NCBI GenBank assembly: GCA_044870765.1
Contig: JBIOZG010000021.1
Span: forward strand, 1-32,041
DNA: 32,041 nucleotides
Source of the DNA: Nitrososphaeraceae archaeon
GTDB lineage: Archaea > Thermoproteota > Nitrososphaeria > Nitrososphaerales > Nitrososphaeraceae
Reading direction: 5' to 3'
Part shown: positions 9,366-16,548 of the stretch, in pieces
How positions within the stretch are numbered: the first letter of the stretch is position 1
How the letters are laid out: every line of letters starts with the position of its first letter
Program-made: the position numbers and the translations under genes
Notes under the pieces: generated by a model
What the model saw: the letters and a program-made list of their open reading frames with translations, nothing else
Told to the model about the DNA's origin: nothing
Databases searched by the model: none

Positions 9366-9974
9366 TCAATCAATTCTTATAGATTTACTTTTTGCCTTAT
9401 CCTTTGACTTCTTGTTCAAAGTTATTTCAAGCAGTCCATTGATAAATGTGGATTTTACACTATCAATATCTACTTCAGCGGGTAAATCGATAAGCTCATG
9501 ATACTTCCTTTTCGGGTCTTCTGTTTTTATATCCACCTGACTCTCATTCGCATCTATCTTAATTTGTTCCTTAAAAACGCCTGGTAGTTCTACTGTAACT
9601 TTTACTTCTTTATCAGTAGTAGAGACCTCGGACAATGGCTGTCGTTCTGGCAAGATATTTGGTCTTGACCCTGCTCTCATTCGAGGCTTGACGTTTCCGA
9701 ACTCCCTTACGATGGGCTTCCCATCGGCCCCTATTGTGGTTGTAGAACCATACACTAATGGACCAATTTCCCTAACTTTCGCGCCGTCTTCTGTCACATA
9801 TTCTCTTATCAAATCTTTAGGTACTTTATTCTCGATATCTCTAAGATTTTCTTCAAATTCTCTTTCCATTTCTCTTCTCATTTCGTCAAATCCTTCAAAT
9901 AGACTGTTCCTTCGTCCAAAAGGCCTACTACCTGAGAAAAATCGATTAAACCAGTCGAAAGGCTCGATACTCAT
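9366..9974 (-). CDS. hsp20: Archaeal small heat-shock protein Hsp20
   Basis: GPLVYG...GKPIVREFGNVKP, VELPGV and FINGLLEITL alpha-crystallin-domain motifs. Confidence 0.95.
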   Translation of the reverse strand: MSIEPFDWFNRFFSGSRPFGRRNSLFEGFDEMRREMEREFEENLRDIENKVPKDLIREYVTEDGAKVREIGPLVYGSTTTIGADGKPIVREFGNVKPRMRAGSRPNILPERQPLSEVSTTDKEVKVTVELPGVFKEQIKIDANESQVDIKTEDPKRKYHELIDLPAEVDIDSVKSTFINGLLEITLNKKSKDKAKSKSIRID

Positions 9975-10629
9975 GGTAATTTATAACCATCATTATATTT
10001 AAAAATTAAATTTTTACTTTAAGATAAAAGGACGCTAATTATGGCAGAAAAAGTAAGAGTAATTTTTTTATAATATTTTTATGGTATAAGTATGACTATT
10101 CACACTGATGGGAGGGCTTTTTCTATTGGTGTTATGTATGTGGACGAAATTTTCGTCTGCAGTTGTTCCCTCCTGTCAGGTTTTAACTTTCTTATAATTT
10201 ATTGGCAATATCATTATCACGAACGTACTGAAGGCATCATACGTTCCCTGGTGGAACTATTTTCGTCCGTTATCGCGTACGGCTCTAGTTCCACCAGAGT
10301 AACTTTTTAAAACAAAAAGAATTATCATATGATATTAAGAAAATGAGTAAATCATTGGAAGTCAAAGACGTGACAGGCAATACACAAAAAAGTTTTGAAC
10401 TATTCAGAGACAAACTCATTTGATAATTTGTTCAAAGTTAAGACAGGAAACATTGGTCCAGGGTCTTATAGGTGGAACCACGGGGGAGACTATTCTAGTT
10501 CAACTAAACAGAAAAGACCAAGCTGGAAGAATCTCTACAAAATAAAATTACTTTGGTCCTTCAATACAACATAGTAATTAAGGCTTAGTCTAAAGCTGTT
10601 AAATATGAAGATAAGCATAAACTATTACC

Positions 10630-10809
10630 ATGACGAAATTTCGAGAGGAATCAAAAGACCCGATGTCACCTGAGAAAATAGCTGCACATGAACCAACGGC
10701 AGTAAGAAGAAATGCTAACGACCAGGAAATCGCTCAGGGCGGAAGGACAGGTGCTGAAACTCCCGAAGCAAAAGAGAAACTTAGAAGAAGCGGAATGACA
10801 AAACTGTAA
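10630..10809 (+). CDS. 59-aa hydrophilic hypothetical protein
   Basis: Hand translation MTKFREESKDPMSPEKIAAHEPTAVRRNANDQEIAQGGRTGAETPEAKEKLRRSGMTKL; TTAAAT about 25 nt upstream and a T-run downstream. Confidence 0.75.
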   Translation: MTKFREESKDPMSPEKIAAHEPTAVRRNANDQEIAQGGRTGAETPEAKEKLRRSGMTKL

Positions 10810-11059
10810 CCACCCGAAACTCGTCTATTTTTTTTTCAATTATTCAAATACTAAAACAAAAGTCTAATCAAACTAAACTAGGATAGATGAAACCTTTCCC
10901 AAAGGGCCTTGACCTTCTGAGTCGGGGCCATTGCGGAAGCTCCCATCAGCTCCTTAACCTTCTAATGCGTTCTTTGTCACTTTCTACTACTCAAAAATCT
11001 CGTTACCTTACACCAGAATAATTATTAATTGCTCCATGCAAAATATAGCAGCCAAACAC

Positions 11060-11126
11060 AGCAGCTGATGGGGCTCGGTTGTTTCTTGTTCATTCAACGG
11101 GCTTGCCTTCAAACCCATCACTTGCT
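11060..11126 (+). ncRNA. Candidate structured ncRNA, hairpin family copy A
   Basis: agcagctgatggg/cccatcacttgct stem, gttg/caac upper stem, loop tttcttgttcatt; TTATTAAT about 30 nt upstream. Confidence 0.55.
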
Positions 11127-11214
11127 AACTATTGTTACTTTAATAAGAGTTTCTGATGTGATTACCTTCTAATAAAGTCGATTTTAATGTTACTCTAAGT
11201 GAGTTCATTGCAGT

Positions 11215-11571
11215 TTAGAGGCCTTGTAATAATGTAAATATCTTTATTTCTATTCCACTTACTTTTGCATATTGTAAAAGTTCTGATGATGGATTGCCAT
11301 ATATTGTCAACGAACTAGGTGAGCCAAATTTTTTAAATAGTGCAAGCAACGGTTCACGAATGTTGGATTGATGCCTTAGAACAGCCTTTGAGCTCTGGTA
11401 CTTTTCGCGAATTTCACACTCAGTCTTATCGCTATTAAGAAACCAATCATATTGAATAGTTTCCGTATCTTTCTCTTTTGCGTGTTTTAAACACTCAGCA
11501 GCATGTTGGTTGAATTCCTCCAGCATACCTTTGGGAATTCTAAACTTGGCACTGACTTGTATCTCTGACAT
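11215..11571 (-). CDS. Antibiotic biosynthesis monooxygenase (ABM) domain / putative quinol monooxygenase
   Basis: AKFRIPKG..EEF...KEKD..TIQYDWF...CEIREKY.SS.AV..H ferredoxin-like ABM pattern. Confidence 0.85.
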   Translation of the reverse strand: MSEIQVSAKFRIPKGMLEEFNQHAAECLKHAKEKDTETIQYDWFLNSDKTECEIREKYQSSKAVLRHQSNIREPLLALFKKFGSPSSLTIYGNPSSELLQYAKVSGIEIKIFTLLQGL

Positions 11572-11730
11572 AGGTTCACCAATAATACCACGATTTAATT
11601 AAGTCTCTGATTGAGTGGTCTTAGATTATCTGCGTATTCTATTTGTTAGACCTCCTTTGACATCCTTTAAGAAGATTCTCTTATTCTATATTACACGAAT
11701 GTTGAATGCCACTCGAAAACTTGGGCCCAG

Positions 11731-11767
11731 AATTTGTGTCAATAACAATTCACATCCCCTTGGGCCC
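11731..11767 (+). repeat. Dispersed 37-bp repeat, copy 1 (copy 2 at 15275-15311)
   Basis: aatttgtgtcaataacaattcacatccccttgggccc vs aattcgtgtcaataacaattcacttccacttgggccc, 34/37 identical. Confidence 0.9.
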
Positions 11768-12058
11768 AATTTGATTACGACGCTTAAATGTTGGCCAACT
11801 GACAAAGAGTTGGGGGAAACATTGCTAGTCCGGTTAGCAAACTATGGTATATTTCTTGTTCCGGAAGGCGAAGTCGAGTGTTGGCTCAAGTTCTTGAATG
11901 TTTCTGGCCACGGTTCGGATTGGTTAGTAACGATATTTTCAAAAATTGGACAAAATGAAGATGATTCTGATTACATAAAACCAATCTCTGATAATGTTTG
12001 GAAATTCCTAGAAACCATATCCGAATGGATTCAAGATGCGAATAGACTAAGTACATGA
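11768..12058 (+). pseudogene. C-terminal fragment resembling OLD-family / ATP-dependent nucleases
   Basis: LANYGIFLVPEGEVECWLK...GHGSDWLVTIFSKIG...YIKP...VWKF resembles C-termini of such nucleases (recognised from memory, not searched); no ATPase domain upstream. Confidence 0.45.
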
Positions 12059-12404
12059 CAAACACGGCCGATCTAAAGATGGATGTAAATAAAATAAGAA
12101 TTCTTTACTTTCGTCCCTTAATAGGGCATTATTTGCAGTTTCATAATCTCCCGGCGTTTTACTTGAATTTTGCAGAATAATCAACTATAATTGTACTTAA
12201 TGTATTAAATCGCAATATTGTCAATCAAAAATATAGGGTAAATTGGTTGGTTGCAATCAAGTAGAGGTAATAGCGAAATAATGAATCAAAGTTTTTAATA
12301 TGAAAGATGATATTATTATTCGATAATCTGTCTAGATCCCTGGGACAAAAACTAAGTGCTAATGGAAGTAAGACTTATGTAGTTTTGCTAACATTCCAAG
12401 CGTA

Positions 12405-13370
12405 ATGCTTGGCAGTAGACGTATCACATTAATTGTCGTTAGTATTACTCTATTATCATTAGTGATCGTAGCTACAGTTTCCGGAGAAACTTTTTTTATT
12501 TATGCACAAAATAAATCAAAATATGCAGCAAAATTGATTGGAAAAAGTGTAGTTCCCCCAGTTAATACAACTGCAGCCGGTAGTGGGGAGCTAAGAGGAA
12601 CTATCAAAATACAAAATGGTAACACAACAACACAAATTGCAAGTAATAATAATACTGACGATGTAAACTCTTTCAAAAATAAAGACTCAAATAGTACTGT
12701 TCCTACGAAGGCAACTTCTACTGCAACTACCGGCTTAGCTACCACAACTGATACCATATCAACTTTCGGTAATCCTAATGAAAATAATCTGGTTGATGAA
12801 TTAGTGAAAACAGGAAACTTTACAGAAGCTGAAGCCAGAGAATTCGTGACTAATGATATGCAGAGTGAAAATGGAACTAATACTACATCCGATACCAACG
12901 CAACTTCTAATGCAGATACCAATACTGCTGATACCAACGCAACTTCTAATGCAGATACCAATACTGGAAATAGATCTAAGTCCGATGATACTTCCTCGAC
13001 CAACAACGAAGACATCAATGATCAATCTTCAAATAATAACAACAATAATCCTAGACACTACGATGACCTTGACGAGTTGGTTAACGACATTAAGAATAGC
13101 GATGTAGACACTGAAGAAATATCATTGAATGCTTTCCAAGATTCAGGTGCTTATCAAGGAGCTGATCAAGAAACCCGAGACTGTATAGATCTAGCGGGAA
13201 AAATAGGACATAATCTTGGTGATCAGGAAATAGTGAACTGTTCGGAGGATCCGAGCTTTTACAAGAACGAAATATCTAACAACAATGACAACAACAATGA
13301 CAACAGTGCTGACGACAGCAGCAACAGCGCCGACCAGATCAGCGACAGTGGCAACGACAATAACAATTAA
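12405..13370 (+). CDS. Secreted Asn/Asp/Thr-rich protein with truncated CHRD-like N-terminus and an acidic C-terminal domain
   Basis: Hydrophobic signal segment; YAAKLIGKSVVPPVNTTAAG is CHRD-like; low-complexity linker; C-terminal domain similar to 15727-16065. Confidence 0.75.
   Translation: MLGSRRITLIVVSITLLSLVIVATVSGETFFIYAQNKSKYAAKLIGKSVVPPVNTTAAGSGELRGTIKIQNGNTTTQIASNNNTDDVNSFKNKDSNSTVPTKATSTATTGLATTTDTISTFGNPNENNLVDELVKTGNFTEAEAREFVTNDMQSENGTNTTSDTNATSNADTNTADTNATSNADTNTGNRSKSDDTSSTNNEDINDQSSNNNNNNPRHYDDLDELVNDIKNSDVDTEEISLNAFQDSGAYQGADQETRDCIDLAGKIGHNLGDQEIVNCSEDPSFYKNEISNNNDNNNDNSADDSSNSADQISDSGNDNNN
12891..12966 (+). repeat. In-frame tandem repeat, 39-bp period (DTNATSNADTNT)
   Basis: 37 identical nt at 12891-12927 and 12930-12966. 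Confidence 0.95.
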
Positions 13371-13547
13371 TGAAATCATCTAATGATGCTGGTAACAAGG
13401 TGTTATATCTCAATTTAGTAACATCTTCATATTTCTAAATTATTATAATGGTAGGTAAATAAATGCATGAAGATGTGTTGCAAAGATGTTCTATCTCTTA
13501 GTAACATTGTCTCTGTGTCGAATCAACCGTACTGGGTTATTAATTGG

Positions 13548-13802
13548 TTAATAAAACAACCAATCAATTTTCAACAGATAAATGCTACCTGTGTTGGCAT
13601 CTACAACAAATAAATCATTTTTGTAGTCAATACCCATCTTCTCGGAATTATAGAAATTTATCGCTGTTGGCGCAATTGGTGTATTCCAAATCAATTCAGG
13701 ATCACTATACTTACCAGTGCTATCAAAATCAACCCATTCTATCATCGGCAGTGGGATAAACATAGACTTTGGAAAGACCGAAATCAACAATATGGCTATC
13801 AA
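13548..13802 (-). pseudogene. Internally deleted PQQ-dependent (glucose/sorbosone) dehydrogenase remnant
   Basis: FDSTGKYSDPELIWNTPIAPTAINFYNSEKMGIDYKNDLFV parallels the C-terminal part of 16549-17856 and is joined directly to a signal-peptide-like segment. Confidence 0.75.
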
Positions 13803-13839
13803 TATTACCCGTATAAATTCTCAAGGTGGCAATCCTTTT

Positions 13840-14076
13840 ATGAACCAGAGAATTTCTGACAATGACACTAAGATAACATATTACCAGATTTCAAAACTAA
13901 TAGATACCGAAATCACTGATGAAAGAGAAAGACAAGAGGATAGAAATACACTTGAAGAAATAAAAAAGGATATTAATTCTAAACGGATTCCATTTCTTAT
14001 TTTACAGAAATTAAAGAAATTTGAAAAAATCTATCCAATGGCATTGCCCTGGGTCATGAAAGCGATTGAGCTTTAA
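13840..14076 (+). CDS. 78-aa helical hypothetical protein
   Basis: ATG at 13840 with TATAAAT about 22 nt upstream; avoids overlap with the opposite-strand remnant. Confidence 0.6.
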   Translation: MNQRISDNDTKITYYQISKLIDTEITDERERQEDRNTLEEIKKDINSKRIPFLILQKLKKFEKIYPMALPWVMKAIEL

Positions 14077-14298
14077 ATGAATAATGGATCAGTTAATTTA
14101 TAAAATATGGAGTTGTGCAAAAAACAGGACAAAAAATTTTCAGCAAATGGATCTTTCAAAGTAAATATTGTGGATATCTATCGGGGTTATGCTAGATTTT
14201 AGTTCAAGAGTTTCGACAGTCTTACGTAGTTTAAATATCTAAATTCTATAGTTTTAATCTTGAATAACCTTATAAAGAAGTTCTTCATAACTTTGGGA

Positions 14299-14877
14299 AT
14301 GTCGAGACTCCGAAGAAACGAAAAAGTGATTATCTTAGGCGTGTTTACTTTAGGATTAGCCGCCATGTTGGGGATACTAATTGCACCGCTAGCCTTCGCG
14401 CAACAACCTGGATTTACACCAGCGGCACAATTATCGCATACTATATCAATCCAACCAAATGTTACTAAGCCAATATATGTTCCTATGAACTCGAACGATT
14501 ACATCAATGGGGGTATTACACACAGCAGCACTAGAAACCCAGCTGATGTAATTATCAATCAAGATGGATCTTACCTAATCGTAGCAGCAGGTCAGGTGGG
14601 AAAGACTTCAGGTAGTACAACTTGTAATGTTGATTTGTGGCTTAGTCAGAATGGTGAATATGTAGGAAATAGTAACACTCGCGCTTCAGTCAATGCAGTA
14701 AATGATACCATTGTTCTCGTGTCACAAGCAATTATGCCATTGAAGGCGAATGATATCATAAATACAGTAATGTCAGTATCTGCTACCAATCAAGGTTGTG
14801 GTCTCATTAATACTGCACCACCTAGTGAACCCAATATTCCTGCTATCATATTCTCCCTTGTAAGGATAGGTAATTGA
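14299..14877 (+). CDS. Secreted C1q/TNF-like (BclA C-terminal-like) jelly-roll protein
   Basis: Signal peptide ending AFA-Q; IINQDGSYLI...LWLSQNG...QAIMPLKANDII strand pattern; start could also be 14260. Confidence 0.65.
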   Translation: MSRLRRNEKVIILGVFTLGLAAMLGILIAPLAFAQQPGFTPAAQLSHTISIQPNVTKPIYVPMNSNDYINGGITHSSTRNPADVIINQDGSYLIVAAGQVGKTSGSTTCNVDLWLSQNGEYVGNSNTRASVNAVNDTIVLVSQAIMPLKANDIINTVMSVSATNQGCGLINTAPPSEPNIPAIIFSLVRIGN

Positions 14878-15043
14878 TAAATCGTTCAGTGGCATAGGAT
14901 CAGTAGCAGACGGCCTAGGTGGAGCCCTCGTTTCATTCCTTTAGCGATCGCTCATCACGCTGCCGTTGCTGTAATGGGGTCCTACAGATTTTAAATACCT
15001 AAATTCTAAAGATTTTTATCTACATAAATAATTTTTCATAAAT

Positions 15044-15289
15044 TTGTTAGATGAAAGATCTCGCCTTCCAACTATTATCAACAATGTAATAGTTTTTGTC
15101 TTGGGAGTTTTAATAGTTGTTTCACTTTACCATTATCTTAAAACTAAATTTGACAATCCTCAGCCCTTCGTGATTTATGAAGACACTATGGCTCGGGCAC
15201 TCAATGTAAACGAGAAGTTGATTCTACTTTTTACAGGATTCCAACATGAATTTAGGGTTAAAAATTGGGATAAAAATTCGTGTCAATAA
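15044..15289 (+). CDS. Possible small membrane protein or gene fragment
   Basis: One hydrophobic helix; TTG start; 3' end runs into the dispersed repeat at 15275. Confidence 0.35.
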   Translation: MLDERSRLPTIINNVIVFVLGVLIVVSLYHYLKTKFDNPQPFVIYEDTMARALNVNEKLILLFTGFQHEFRVKNWDKNSCQ

Positions 15290-15311
15290 CAATTCACTTC
15301 CACTTGGGCCC
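15275..15311 (+). repeat. Dispersed 37-bp repeat, copy 2
   Basis: 34/37 identical to 11731-11767. Confidence 0.9.
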
Positions 15312-15387
15312 TAACTAGAGTCTTTCTTTATAGATACAGTACGGTATCAAAAAAGGATAATTTAGATGAAGTTAACTAGTAGTAATG

Positions 15388-15467
15388 CTTTCAGTAGACA
15401 GGACTTAATTTTAAAAGGTTATTCGCACTTTCAGTAGACAGGACTTAATTTTAAAAGGTTATTCGCA
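15388..15467 (+). repeat. Perfect 40-bp tandem duplication
   Basis: ctttcagtagacaggacttaattttaaaaggttattcgca twice, followed by ctt. Confidence 0.97.
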
Positions 15468-15663
15468 CTTAAAACTGTTAGATATACGGGAAAGAAAAGA
15501 CTTTGGTGTACAAAGGAATCGGGTCAAAATAGATGTTGTAGTAGTTGATACCTATTTAGAATATGAAGATTGTGGAAAAATCGCCAATTGAAATGTTTTT
15601 GTCATCCTAATGGGACTCGACATCGCTCGTAGTGGTACGTGCCAGGTCAGGTAAATGCGATTG

Positions 15664-15696
15664 CATTTAAGTCTTGCTTAAATTAGATCCTCAAAT
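15664..15696 (+). repeat. 33-bp direct repeat, copy 1 (copy 2 at 16358-16390)
   Basis: 30/33 identical; contains TTAAG-N5-CTTAA palindrome. Confidence 0.9.
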
Positions 15697-15726
15697 GCTA
15701 ATAGTTAAGGAATAATCGATTTTTCG

Positions 15727-16065
15727 ATGAACAAGAAACTATTAGTGAATAGGATGTTCCTATTGGCATCATTTTTAACCATAATGCTAGGCGCCTCAAT
15801 TGTTGCAGCGAATGGTCACGTGTTTGCGGCTAAAAATATCTGGGATGATGATGACACTATGGAGGAACTTGTCAAAGATATTGACAATGGTAAAGATGAT
15901 GACAATTCGATGAATTGGCACGATTTCAAAAATTCAAAAATCTTCAAACAAGAAGATCTTGAAACACAAGAGTGTATAAAAAATAGACAGGAACTTTCAA
16001 ATAATCTCGCAGACTATGAAGTTCTACGATGTTTTGAAGATTCAGATTACGCATACGACAAGTGA
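15727..16065 (+). CDS. Small secreted acidic protein
   Basis: MNKK + hydrophobic core + VFA-A signal peptide; two-Cys acidic domain shared with 12405-13370. Confidence 0.85.
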   Translation: MNKKLLVNRMFLLASFLTIMLGASIVAANGHVFAAKNIWDDDDTMEELVKDIDNGKDDDNSMNWHDFKNSKIFKQEDLETQECIKNRQELSNNLADYEVLRCFEDSDYAYDK

Positions 16066-16357
16066 ATCGCGAGTAATTCAACTTTTCTTATTTCTTCTTT
16101 TAGTAACAAAGATGAATATGAAATGAATAATCAATATTCAAGGAGTATATTTAATTACTAATATCATCGCTAGCCTTGTAGCCCCTAAGTTCCTTTAATA
16201 TTGCTTGTTGGCTATAGTCGAATACGTTTACTAACTTTGTTAAGCGCACTCATAGATTCCGCTCGAATACTTGTAGATCATTATGATTATATAAAGTTTT
16301 TAGCTTAATGATGAGATAGTGGGTGACGAATGTATTCTCCATTCAGCATGTAACGTC

Positions 16358-16390
16358 CACTTAAGTCTTGCTTAATTTAGATCCTGAAAT
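16358..16390 (+). repeat. 33-bp direct repeat, copy 2
   Basis: cacttaagtcttgcttaatttagatcctgaaat vs catttaagtcttgcttaaattagatcctcaaat. Confidence 0.9.
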
Positions 16391-16548
16391 CTTATTAAAT
16401 TTTAAACCTTATTCATCTTGCAAATCGACATCTCTTCATTGAAACTGGTGGGGGAATCGAGTTTCAAACAGCCCACCAGTTTTACATCGAATGGTTTTCT
16501 ATTAGCGCTGTAATATTTTCAACCCTTGATTATTTTTTATAACATGAT

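Noticed and set aside
10105-10160. CTGATG...GAAA as a hammerhead ribozyme core
   Set aside because: Sequence is CTGATGG rather than CUGANGA, and the three-stem junction cannot be built
10343-10573. Broken reading frames resembling a decayed gene
   Set aside because: Multiple stops and frame changes with no recognisable family
15388-15470. 40-bp repeat as a possible mini CRISPR array
   Set aside because: Copies are directly adjacent with no spacer, and no cas genes are present
16308-16387. ATGATGA...CTGA as a C/D sRNA
   Set aside because: Spacing is longer than typical and the CTGA lies inside the 33-bp repeat, where it is not conserved in the other copy
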